Sequence record: phage_1
DNA length: 64,000 nucleotides
Strand: one strand, 5' to 3'
The position numbers and the translations under genes are program-made. The notes below the pieces were generated by a model. The model searched no databases and was not told the origin of the DNA. It saw nothing but the letters and a program-made list of their open reading frames with translations. Below are positions 47,608-56,362 of this stretch, in pieces. The first letter of the stretch is position 1, and each line of letters begins with the position of its first letter.

Positions 47608-47667
47608 TAGCACTCCTTACGATTATGCCTCACTATGAGTGGGGTATTTTTTACGCGAGGAGTGCTA
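47608..47667 (+). promoter_or_regulatory. Nested hairpin: SD-sequestering outer stem around a terminator-like inner hairpin
   Basis: TAGCACTCCT (47608-17) is the exact reverse complement of AGGAGTGCTA (47658-67), which contains the SD; inner stem 47625-47647 then T-run. Confidence 0.55.
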
Positions 47668-47670
47668 TTT

Positions 47671-47880
47671 ATGTTTCACCGTCCCGGGTTTTCAGCTTTA
47701 AACACCGATGTCTGTTGGGCTGAGTACGAGCGGGTGAAGGAGTTCTTACCCGTAAATCCTAAACACATCAACGTGGGTACTATCGGGCGTGTTGCGTTCG
47801 ATGACACTCCGCTGAGTACGTGTATTAAAGCTGCGCTTGGTACGCTGCCGGCGTCTATAGTGTTTGAGGAATTAAAATGA
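47671..47880 (+). CDS. 69-aa mini-protein with EF-Tu G1/P-loop-like segment
   Basis: KHINVGTIGRVAFDDTPLSTCIKAAL versus EF-Tu [32 protein letters not shown] SD. Confidence 0.6.
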   Translation: MFHRPGFSALNTDVCWAEYERVKEFLPVNPKHINVGTIGRVAFDDTPLSTCIKAALGTLPASIVFEELK

Positions 47881-48395
47881 CGGACATTCGTGTTGACATA
47901 TATGGGGAAATTCATACCACGGCCGATCGTAATCGTGTTGAATGGGCTATCATCGATAACCATCGGAAAAAACCATACGATTTTTTACTGTGTGAAGAAC
48001 TGGGGCCGTATGAACATCACACTGCAAAAGCGCAAGATAAGGCATTAAAGGAGAAGATGTACTCTATTGGACCCATGGGGCTGGAGTTGGCTAAGAAACT
48101 CGGCATCCCTGCTATTGGGATCGATGACTGGAGCGACGCAACCTACGCTAAAGATATCAAGGATAAAAAGGGAATGGCTGTAAACTTTAGCCGTTCTTTT
48201 TATATTNGTGAAACTAAAATGGTTGCAAAAATTAAAAAGTATATGGCAAAAGGGCGTTGTGCTGTTATGCTTGGCGACTCACACTTGCGCACCACGAAAA
48301 CTAAAGAGCTTGGTGATGCGTCCCTTATCTGGGAAACGTTTAAGGATAATCCTGAAGTGAAGTTTCACAGGAGCCCTAAACGCGAGATTGATTAA
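47877..48395 (+). CDS. ChaN/TraB/EreA-superfamily-like metallohydrolase
   Basis: YGEIH, DFLLCEE, IPAIGID, ETKMV, VMLGDSHL motifs in canonical order. Confidence 0.5.
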   Translation: MTDIRVDIYGEIHTTADRNRVEWAIIDNHRKKPYDFLLCEELGPYEHHTAKAQDKALKEKMYSIGPMGLELAKKLGIPAIGIDDWSDATYAKDIKDKKGMAVNFSRSFYIXETKMVAKIKKYMAKGRCAVMLGDSHLRTTKTKELGDASLIWETFKDNPEVKFHRSPKREID

Positions 48396-48413
48396 ATCTA
48401 AAGGAGCATTAAA

Positions 48414-48836
48414 ATGGTTACCGCTATTCGCGAAACAAAATCACTATACGATCATTTATCAGAAGAAGAAACAGCCTTATTCTACGACCTGTTACCTGAA
48501 ACCAAAGCAAATGTTCAGTGGTGGTTACGTTTAGCGCTACGTGATAAAGTTGGGGAAACGCCGGTTAGTATTCTCGCACACACGTTGGACATGACACCCA
48601 TGATTGAAATCGCGATTACCCGCCCTAAATTCTGGCGACCTGGTATGGTGCGTGAGGCGTATCTACTCCAACGCTTAGGTGTTGACCCGGAGAAGTGTTG
48701 GCGTAAGATGGACGACCATCGCTACCGTGAAGAAATTACGAATAGCCTCAACACTATGTTGGCAATGAAACGACTCGGTATCGAANACGAAGGTTTCGAG
48801 TCTGCGGTGCAAGCGTGGGTGAGAAGGAATAGCTAA
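48414..48836 (+). CDS. Hypothetical protein
   Basis: AAGGAG SD. Confidence 0.55.
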   Translation: MVTAIRETKSLYDHLSEEETALFYDLLPETKANVQWWLRLALRDKVGETPVSILAHTLDMTPMIEIAITRPKFWRPGMVREAYLLQRLGVDPEKCWRKMDDHRYREEITNSLNTMLAMKRLGIEXEGFESAVQAWVRRNS

Positions 48837-49085
48837 ATGCAAAAAACAATCATCGGAATAATGGTTAGTTCTTTCTGTGGTTTCCCTACCCCGCAGACAG
48901 AACCCCAATATTTGGGCGCAGGCAAACCTGATCCGGAAGTCCGTAAGTTGCGCGAAGAAGCAAAAGCCAGAGTTCTTACTGAGCTGGAATCGTTGCTTCA
49001 GTCTCCGGTTATTTCACAATGGGGTATGGCAATAGATGTCACTCGAACTGATCGACGAGGCTATTATCTCCCACGACCTGTTTAA
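48837..49085 (+). CDS. Hypothetical protein
   Basis: Starts directly after upstream stop. Confidence 0.45.
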   Translation: MQKTIIGIMVSSFCGFPTPQTEPQYLGAGKPDPEVRKLREEAKARVLTELESLLQSPVISQWGMAIDVTRTDRRGYYLPRPV

Positions 49086-49536
49086 CGCGCCTGAGCGCTT
49101 CAAGGTCGTTACAGTTAACTGTGTTGGTGCAATGGGAAGGGGCATTGCCTTGGCGTGCCGAGAACGCTTCCCATCGCTTTATAATGACTATCGCCAGAAA
49201 TGTCGTAAAGAGCAAATCGTTATCGGTGAGGTCTATTGTTATCCTGAGGAAGGGGTAATACTCCTTCCTACTAAAACCCATTTTCGCTATAAATCGCAGA
49301 TTTACTATGTCACGTCCGGCATTGATGCGCTGGCGCGACTAGGGGAAGACTTAGAAGGAGGGATTGCGATACCNCCCCTAGGGATGGCTAACGGTTGGTT
49401 ACGTTACCATGAGCGATTGGAAATCTTTATACACTTACAGAAACGACTACAGCACACGGAGCAGACTTATCGATTCTATTTACCAGACACCCTGCTGAGG
49501 GAAGCAGAGAAAATCATCCCAAAAAGTTTCAAATAG
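49036..49536 (+). CDS. Macrodomain protein, DarG/TARG1-like ADP-ribosyl hydrolase
   Basis: TVNCVGAMGRGIALACRERFP, LLPTKTHFR.KS, IAI.PLGMANGWL. Confidence 0.8.
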   Translation: MSLELIDEAIISHDLFNAPERFKVVTVNCVGAMGRGIALACRERFPSLYNDYRQKCRKEQIVIGEVYCYPEEGVILLPTKTHFRYKSQIYYVTSGIDALARLGEDLEGGIAIXPLGMANGWLRYHERLEIFIHLQKRLQHTEQTYRFYLPDTLLREAEKIIPKSFK

Positions 49537-49551
49537 ATATTATTATCAGGG
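49522..49551 (+). promoter_or_regulatory. Candidate phage early promoter
   Basis: AAAAGTTTCAAATAGATATTAT..AGGG. Confidence 0.5.
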
Positions 49552-49635
49552 CACATTACAAAGGAGCACAATGCCGTCCGCGCCGTCTTCCCGGATTGGG
49601 AACGGAAAAGTATAAATCCGTTTGGAGATACATCC

Positions 49636-50358
49636 ATGTTTCNCACCATTTTATTTCTTCTGGTAGCAGTGACCACATTCAACAGCAACGCTTCTTACCA
49701 GACCACCAGTAACAAACACCAAAAAGAATTCGTCCTTATCCAGGACCAGTTCAATGAGATTAAACCTCTCATCGTCACCGCATCTCGAAAACAAGGCGTA
49801 CATGCCGGGATGCTCGCGACCACCATTTATCGTGAATCCCGTTTTAATAAAAACGTGGGTAAGAATAAATCGAGCAGTGCTAGTAGTGTTGTCCAAATGA
49901 CGACAGGCACTAAACGCTCCATGATACGTCTGTATGGGAAACAACTTAACATCCCAAAGAATGCGGACCTTAATAAACCGAAGTATGCTGTACAGCTTGC
50001 TGCCGTTTACATGAAACACATCGAGGATCATCTGACAAAACAACTCAAACGCAAGCCGAGCACAGCCGAAATCGCTTTAGGCTATCGCTTCGGTGAGGGT
50101 GCCGCTGTTGCGATGATTAAAAAGAAATCACCGGTCGGGAAACGCTGGATGGCNNGCNACNGAAAAGACGCAGCATTCTACGGTGCGAAAATGACACCAC
50201 CGAAAGNTGAAANACNNCNGNTTNNNTTTGNGNAGGNAGNCCANGNCCAACGNGTCGCCGAACTTCAGAAAATCTGGGATACGCTGTACACCAAAATATC
50301 ACCTGCGGCCGGTACATTACTGGCAAATAACACTATCATGAAAGGAGCATTGCTATGA
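49636..50358 (+). CDS. Exported SLT-family lytic transglycosylase-like protein
   Basis: Signal-like N-term; IYRESRFN (catalytic Glu), SVVQM, DLNKP..VQLAAVYM, LGYRFGEG. Confidence 0.7.
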   Translation: MFXTILFLLVAVTTFNSNASYQTTSNKHQKEFVLIQDQFNEIKPLIVTASRKQGVHAGMLATTIYRESRFNKNVGKNKSSSASSVVQMTTGTKRSMIRLYGKQLNIPKNADLNKPKYAVQLAAVYMKHIEDHLTKQLKRKPSTAEIALGYRFGEGAAVAMIKKKSPVGKRWMXXXXKDAAFYGAKMTPPKXEXXXXXFXXXXXXQXVAELQKIWDTLYTKISPAAGTLLANNTIMKGALL

Positions 50359-50948
50359 CACTCGTAACACGCCCCTGGTATCCAGGTCTTAAAACAGCCG
50401 NACAAATCACCGCCAAAGACGTTTACGAACTGATTCGCGCGGGTGCGGAACACGTTCAAACCAATCCGAACTACGTTGAGCGTCCTATCGGTGAAGTCGA
50501 TGGGGAAGCTGTCGAAGCACCTGTCTACGTTGAGTACGGCGAATGGTTCGCAGAGAACCACGGTTTCTACGACGCGTTAAACGCGGCGTTTGGTGATGAC
50601 GAAGACGAAGGTATCGAATTCGACTGGAACGTTAATCTGGCGCTGATGTGGATTTGTGGTTTACGTCCAGCAATTAACGAAACCGAAGCAGGCTTCGTGC
50701 TGACGTGGCGACAGTCGGCGGGTTACGATAAAGAACTCGACTTCAAACAGGCGTATATGGATGTGTCGATTGCACTGCAGAAACTGTTCTTCGGCGATCG
50801 TGCTTTCTGCCAGCTCAGCTGGTTGACCATCCTGGAAAAACTGGCAACGTGCCACAAACTGTGGCGAGCAGAAGATGCCCCAGAACATCTTTTCGTGCTC
50901 GAATATGCAGTGGTACCGAACCAGCCGTTCTTTGAGGCCGAAGCGTAA
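50355..50948 (+). CDS. Hypothetical protein
   Basis: ATGA-coupled 197-aa acidic ORF. Confidence 0.55.
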   Translation: MTLVTRPWYPGLKTAXQITAKDVYELIRAGAEHVQTNPNYVERPIGEVDGEAVEAPVYVEYGEWFAENHGFYDALNAAFGDDEDEGIEFDWNVNLALMWICGLRPAINETEAGFVLTWRQSAGYDKELDFKQAYMDVSIALQKLFFGDRAFCQLSWLTILEKLATCHKLWRAEDAPEHLFVLEYAVVPNQPFFEAEA

Positions 50949-50953
50949 TTAAC

Positions 50954-50990
50954 GGTCAGACCTTCGGGTCTGACCNCCTTTTATTTAATT
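50954..50990 (+). terminator. Rho-independent terminator
   Basis: GGTCAGACC-TTCG-GGTCTGACC plus T-rich tail. Confidence 0.75.
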
Positions 50991-50999
50991 CTTGGGTGT

Positions 51000-51266
51000 G
51001 TGTTCGTGAAACGTTTAATAAATATTCTCTACTGGATGGAGAAACGCTATAGCCACAACATTCCGATGATGTATAGTTTGTTATTCTCTACGGTAATGTT
51101 GGTGATCGGTGCGATTGTCGCGCATCTGATGGAACTCACGTCTCCATGGGCGCAACTCTTTCTTACCATCTGGATGTTGTTCTCAGGCTACCACATACGT
51201 GGTTTCATAACCCGATTCTTTCGCTGGCGTAGTACCTGGCACGTCTTTAATTCCGACCGTAACTAG
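51000..51266 (+). CDS. Small two-TM membrane protein
   Basis: Two hydrophobic segments. Confidence 0.5.
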   Translation: MFVKRLINILYWMEKRYSHNIPMMYSLLFSTVMLVIGAIVAHLMELTSPWAQLFLTIWMLFSGYHIRGFITRFFRWRSTWHVFNSDRN

Positions 51267-51326
51267 TTTTTTACAGCAGTAACTAATCATCTGAAAATAC
51301 CATTGACTTTTATAAGGACTATTAAC

Positions 51327-52460
51327 ATGCAATTTCCAATTTCCGTAATCGAAGATATGGCTCGTGTAGTACGTGACCGTGCGTATGTGCTTAGCTACGA
51401 AGGTATTCGTGCATATTCAGAAGCTCTGATTGCACAACACGTCACTGGCACCGGTGTTATCAACCCGGATCTTTACAATGCGCTGGTCGATAACAATGTG
51501 GAGGCTTATCTGCCGCTGCCGCACCTGCGTAATAAGTTGTGCCTTTCTTCTCAAACTCTTCAGTTTGATAACCTGCCGCCACTGAAATATTCGCCAGATG
51601 ACCGTTGGGGAAGTATGCTGGGCGTAGCTTTCCAAAATTGCCACGCGCCTTATAACTGGTCTATTCTCGTTGAAGGTGTTGATGGTGTCTGGTATGCCAT
51701 TGCACATTCTGACGGATTCTTCTTCGAACCAGGTGAGTTGATTAAACCAGTAAGTGCCCCACAAGGTCGTGCTAAGGTTGGGCATTGTTACATTGAATTG
51801 ACTCATGTCCAGTGGACTATCGAAGACTGGCGTGCTGCCTCCGTTATCTTCGGTGACGGTAAACCACACTCAGTTACTTTCGAGCGTTGTGAAGCAGAGC
51901 ATGTTGAAGAGACTGACAATGACGAAGTGGGAGATCGTTACGCGCCGCTGGAAGAGTGTCGTAACATCGNNAACANCNACTGGGTGAAAGTCTTTACGGC
52001 CAACCCCGGTTTCCGTGGCCANACNATCAACCCCGGNGAAGNAACCTGGGAAGGTTTCGTACAACTCGCAGATAAACTCGGTTATGACGTGTGGGATTAT
52101 ACCTACAAACGTCCATACCCGAATGCGTCGGAAGATGAAGACCACGATGAAATCATTCTGGAAAACCTGGCTGATATCGAAAACGTGTTCATCGATGATG
52201 AAATCTTCATCACCCTCGGCATTGAGCGTCCGAAATCAACCGCATATCCGGTATCGGTTGCCAGCGTTATTCAGGAACTGGGCAAGATGCAGGAGCAGAC
52301 CGTCGAAGTGAAAATCGACGAAGAGCAAATGCATATCGTTGCACAGGTACAGAAAACTCTGAACCTGGATAAACTGTACGCGGAAATCCGCAAGCAGCCG
52401 AAAAAGAAACGTACTGCTGCCACAATCAAAGCAATGATGCGTGAAATTATCGGCAAGTAA
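51327..52460 (+). CDS. Hypothetical protein
   Basis: AAGGA SD before ATG 51327; acidic region and basic C-terminus. Confidence 0.6.
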   Translation: MQFPISVIEDMARVVRDRAYVLSYEGIRAYSEALIAQHVTGTGVINPDLYNALVDNNVEAYLPLPHLRNKLCLSSQTLQFDNLPPLKYSPDDRWGSMLGVAFQNCHAPYNWSILVEGVDGVWYAIAHSDGFFFEPGELIKPVSAPQGRAKVGHCYIELTHVQWTIEDWRAASVIFGDGKPHSVTFERCEAEHVEETDNDEVGDRYAPLEECRNIXNXXWVKVFTANPGFRGXXINPXEXTWEGFVQLADKLGYDVWDYTYKRPYPNASEDEDHDEIILENLADIENVFIDDEIFITLGIERPKSTAYPVSVASVIQELGKMQEQTVEVKIDEEQMHIVAQVQKTLNLDKLYAEIRKQPKKKRTAATIKAMMREIIGK

Positions 52461-52465
52461 TGCGA

Positions 52466-52517
52466 TAAAAAATAAAAGCCTACCTACTCCCAAGGGAGTA
52501 GGTAGTTCTTTTTTTCT
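52466..52517. terminator. Bidirectional terminator (family copy 4)
   Basis: CTACCTACTCCC/GGGAGTAGGTAG stem with a very short written loop; A-run before, T-run after. Confidence 0.8.
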
Positions 52518-53141
52518 TTAATTTGTTAACCCGTTATCTTTCAGGATTTTCAACATCGCATCATTCAACGCCTGCAGTTCTTGATTCTGCTTAGTGAGTG
52601 TTGCAACTTGTTCTGTCAGAGGAACCTGCTCACGGATTTTGGCTTTACGCACCGCTTCCATTTGCAAGTGTTCTTCTTCCGTCACCGTCCCTTCGTAATC
52701 CATCGATGTGATGTCCACACGTGCATCGATTCCTAAACCGCGTTCTAAGATGCTTTTCAGGTCGTTCGTTAGCAGTGTGACATCGACGTATTCGGGTATT
52801 AATGCCAGGTCAATAACCACCACATTGCGTCTATAATTTAACCCGTTCAGTCCAGGATACGTCTCAATGTACGTATCAGGCAACTCGTAGACTTGACCGT
52901 CCCTCGACTTTAATGTTACAATCGAGGCTTCGACATTAGCGTCGCTGATATAGTCGTCACGAGTTAGGCCGACAGGTTTATAATACTTGTTATAAACGTC
53001 AATATTATTACGTTGGAGTTTCGGAAAGTTCTGTACCGCGTCAACACGGTAAATCACTTTATCTGGCAACGTATAAGGTGCCTTAACCTTGAACAACCCC
53101 TCAAGGTTAACCTGAGGCGTGTTAGGCAACAGTTGTGCCAT
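52518..53141 (-). CDS. Hypothetical protein, probably virion-associated
   Basis: Co-oriented with 53152..54531; C-terminal coiled coil; function from context only. Confidence 0.5.
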   Translation of the reverse strand: MAQLLPNTPQVNLEGLFKVKAPYTLPDKVIYRVDAVQNFPKLQRNNIDVYNKYYKPVGLTRDDYISDANVEASIVTLKSRDGQVYELPDTYIETYPGLNGLNYRRNVVVIDLALIPEYVDVTLLTNDLKSILERGLGIDARVDITSMDYEGTVTEEEHLQMEAVRKAKIREQVPLTEQVATLTKQNQELQALNDAMLKILKDNGLTN

Positions 53142-53151
53142 TTAACCCTCC

Positions 53152-54531
53152 TTAGGCTTCTGGCTCTGCCNCAGGGACATCCCAAACAGCTTTGCGGGCC
53201 AAGACACGATACTCCACGTTATCGAATTCGAAGACGTAGAAGTAAACGTTAGGATCGACGTCGTCTACGAGCTTCACGATATCCAGCGGGGTGGAATGTG
53301 GGTGATACTCTTCCGCTGCGATTAACGCCTGGAAGAACAAGTCCAGCCACTCGGTGGTTTTCTTCGACATTCTCGCAATATCTGCATTGTTAGTGCCGAT
53401 TAATGCGTAGTCGGGAATCGTATCATGCAGGGTCGTTTTGCGTGAATCGTTTTCAGGGCCCGCGATAACTACAGCGTTTAGTGATTTATAGATGGACGGT
53501 AAATCCGTTACATCGGTAGTTGGAGTTGAGATTGCTCCACTATTTTTTTCCGTAATGGTTTGAACAGTCCACTCCCCAAATCGGGAGATTGCTTTGACCC
53601 AGAAATCATATGGGAGAATCGGCGAGTATAATGCCGCAACGTCTTCCTCATTTGGAANCCCACNAATTGACCAACCGGGAACAATTGTGAANTTGGNGGT
53701 CGTAAANATTTCTGGGAACACCTTGACACCCAACGCCACAGNAAAACTGGNGTTTNCCAAAATGTAATCACNNAACNCTTGTTTAATCCTGNTCGGGTTA
53801 CGACCCGCGCGTCCGTAGATGATAGCCGACATCGGTATCGGTAAGGTGGAATCAAAGTCTTCCTGGTCGTGCCAAGTATAGATGTTAGTAATCAGGCTAG
53901 TGTACGGATAACCGTCAGCTAATTCGTTAATCTTATTATGGTGATCCGGAAGGTTGAACCCTTCCATTGCCTTTTCGACTACAGATTTCACAGCCAAGAA
54001 AGTATCAACCGGTAATATCGGCATTTGGACTTCAATTTCAAATCCGGTATAGTCCTGATTGAAATCTTCATCAGCAAACCAGAGAATAATCTGGTTATTC
54101 ACATCAGATGGGTCTTCGACTTTATCTGCTGTGGTTTCAAGTTTCCAACTGACCCAACGTGGGAACCAGTTACTGTTAGTCTGAATCATCGCGCCAGACT
54201 GAACACCGCTGATGACACTATTAAATTGCCCCAACAGCAAACGCTGGAATTCAACTTCGTCGTTTCTTAAGTTGCCCAGGATAGACTGTTGGTAGATCCA
54301 TTGGGAAACAGTAAGAACGTGGTCGCTAAAGACGGCCGGGGTCTTAATAGGCAACTCGTCACGTTTAGAAGTAAAAGCAACCAGTTCCACCTGCAGATTT
54401 TCTTTAGTAAAATACTGCTTGCTTTTAGCGAACGAATATGACAGCTCAGACAACTCACCTACCGGAGCGGTGTTGCCAGGGCCATTATCAATCAGAGCCG
54501 CTATTTGAATAAAGCCTTGTAAATCATACAT
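53152..54531 (-). CDS. Probable virion structural protein
   Basis: 459-aa ORF; position near RNase H resembles phiKZ-like synteny (from memory). Confidence 0.5.
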   Translation of the reverse strand: MYDLQGFIQIAALIDNGPGNTAPVGELSELSYSFAKSKQYFTKENLQVELVAFTSKRDELPIKTPAVFSDHVLTVSQWIYQQSILGNLRNDEVEFQRLLLGQFNSVISGVQSGAMIQTNSNWFPRWVSWKLETTADKVEDPSDVNNQIILWFADEDFNQDYTGFEIEVQMPILPVDTFLAVKSVVEKAMEGFNLPDHHNKINELADGYPYTSLITNIYTWHDQEDFDSTLPIPMSAIIYGRAGRNPXRIKQXXXDYILXNXSFXVALGVKVFPEXFTTXXFTIVPGWSIXGXPNEEDVAALYSPILPYDFWVKAISRFGEWTVQTITEKNSGAISTPTTDVTDLPSIYKSLNAVVIAGPENDSRKTTLHDTIPDYALIGTNNADIARMSKKTTEWLDLFFQALIAAEEYHPHSTPLDIVKLVDDVDPNVYFYVFEFDNVEYRVLARKAVWDVPXAEPEA

Positions 54532-54555
54532 AATTAAAAACTCTCCGAGGTGAGC

Positions 54556-55065
54556 ATGATAGCATCAGTTTTCAAACTGCTTCCATTCTTACAAATGCTG
54601 TGGGAAGCATTTAAACCGGGCGAGGGGGAGAAAGTAACACGAGCCGGGAAAATAGTGACACTAGTGATAGTGGCACTGATCGCGTTCTCTGCATTTGTCT
54701 CATACGCCTACATTGTTCAATACCACACACTGGTTAGCGTTCAATCGCGTACTCAGTATCTGGAGATATCCTATAAGGAGCTAAAAGAGAAGTCCGATCA
54801 TGGCGAAGTGGAGAACAATAAGTTGTACGATCGTCTCTTCACGTGCCTGGGTTCTCGACCGCCATATGATGGTACCAAATCTCCAACAGGAACAGGCACT
54901 GAGGCCGCGGTTCCGCCTGTANAAANCAANCCNGTAANNCCNCCGGCNCCGTTNAATCCNTCTANCCCNCCNNCCAAGAAATACCNGGCCNCTTCTCNCC
55001 CGGTAGGGTCGCAGGAGGCAAATGATTTCCGACAGGAGATTATCAGTACGCTTAATAATCCATGA
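54556..55065 (+). CDS. Inner-membrane protein, candidate i-spanin
   Basis: Single TM (IVTLVIVALIAFSAFVSYAYIV) followed by helical segment with one Cys and a Pro-rich tail. Confidence 0.4.
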   Translation: MIASVFKLLPFLQMLWEAFKPGEGEKVTRAGKIVTLVIVALIAFSAFVSYAYIVQYHTLVSVQSRTQYLEISYKELKEKSDHGEVENNKLYDRLFTCLGSRPPYDGTKSPTGTGTEAAVPPVXXXXVXXPXPXNXSXXXXKKYXAXSXPVGSQEANDFRQEIISTLNNP

Positions 55066-55074
55066 GGAGCATAC

Positions 55075-55554
55075 ATGAAGTTATTTTTGGTGGCGATACT
55101 GGTGCTATTGTTGACAGGATGCCCTGGAGCCATCCGTCACGTAGACCCAGATTACTCCTCAACCGGAGATTGGCCTTTTCGTCCTTTAGAACACCCACCA
55201 GTTTATGCTGGTGGGAACAGTCCTGAGGCGAAAAAGCTGGCAGGGAAAATGTTTGTTGCGGATGTGAACGCTTATGCTTATTACGTTTATCTGTACGCTA
55301 AGTCGTTGAACAATTACGCAGAAGCTAAGGGGTGGCGCACCCCGATGGCCGCACCGCTTTGTGAAGAGTTTATTCGCCCCACTCTTCATGATATACCCTC
55401 CGGGATATATCTCGACCCTGGTTCTCGTAGCCCTCAAGACATTAGTCGTGATTTGTCACGACAGATTAAGTCNCTCATTCGCAGCTATCGCGAAGACAGA
55501 GAGTCTTTTAATCATGCCTACGAACGGCACAAAAGTAGTTGCCTTGTGCAATGA
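55075..55554 (+). CDS. Lipoprotein, candidate o-spanin
   Basis: MKLFLVAILVLLLTGC lipobox; Pro-rich mature N-term; directly follows a TM protein. Confidence 0.5.
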   Translation: MKLFLVAILVLLLTGCPGAIRHVDPDYSSTGDWPFRPLEHPPVYAGGNSPEAKKLAGKMFVADVNAYAYYVYLYAKSLNNYAEAKGWRTPMAAPLCEEFIRPTLHDIPSGIYLDPGSRSPQDISRDLSRQIKXLIRSYREDRESFNHAYERHKSSCLVQ

Positions 55555-55642
55555 AAACTCCCTCTTACCTTCGGGTAAGAGGGGATTTCCTTTTTTANNT
55601 TAATANTCAATANTGTGATATATAATCTCNTGGNGAGTTGAA

Positions 55643-56362
55643 ATGACATATCCTAAAATTCTGCCTGTTTTAACGCCCACCGTTGTTGTTGGGACGGACT
55701 TAGAGACCCTGGCTTTACGTCCAGATGCCTACATCTTAACGTTGGCAAACGTGGCATTCGATGTTCCGACAATGAAAATGATCGGTTCATGTTACCACAA
55801 AATCGACCCCAATGATGCAAAAGCAAAAGAAATCTTCTACATCGATCCACAAACGGTCGGTTATTGGGAAGGTAAAGGCGACCCCGAATACGCACCGAGC
55901 GAGAAAGCACGTATTGAAGCGTTTTCTGGGACCACTCCACTGCCAGAAGCACTGTGGGCGGCCAAAAAATGGTTGGATGATCTGGGCAACGTGAAAATGG
56001 TTATCACCATGCGCGGTCCCGATTTCGATGCTCCAATTCTGATGAACGCATTCGCGCAGTGCGATATCCCGCCGGGCAAGTACCGCAAGTTTTCTATATT
56101 GGACTCTGACCGGACTGCAGAACGTATTGCATATGCGTTTGGCCTGGAACCGAACTGGCACGCAGAAGCGCACCATTGGACCCGTGGCAAAGAAGCGTAC
56201 GAGCATAACGCTAGCTTCGATGCTGCGAAGGAAGCGTATTCTACGGCACGCATCTATCATTTGGCCCTGGTCGCGCGTACGTACGGCTTCGAACGCATGT
56301 TAGAAGCCCACCGCGAAATGTGCACAGGTGAATACATTCCACCGCAGTTGCGAGGAGAATAA
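55643..56362 (+). CDS. DEDDh 3'-5' exonuclease (RNase T/Rv2179c-like)
   Basis: TDLETLA (Exo I), DFDAPIL (Exo II), HNASFDA (Exo III). Confidence 0.8.
   Translation: MTYPKILPVLTPTVVVGTDLETLALRPDAYILTLANVAFDVPTMKMIGSCYHKIDPNDAKAKEIFYIDPQTVGYWEGKGDPEYAPSEKARIEAFSGTTPLPEALWAAKKWLDDLGNVKMVITMRGPDFDAPILMNAFAQCDIPPGKYRKFSILDSDRTAERIAYAFGLEPNWHAEAHHWTRGKEAYEHNASFDAAKEAYSTARIYHLALVARTYGFERMLEAHREMCTGEYIPPQLRGE

Noticed and set aside
49571-49615. 14-codon ORF (MPSAPSSRIGNGKV) with a strong AAGGAG SD ahead of the SLT gene
   Set aside because: Too short to support without conservation or Ribo-seq data; may be chance in a leader
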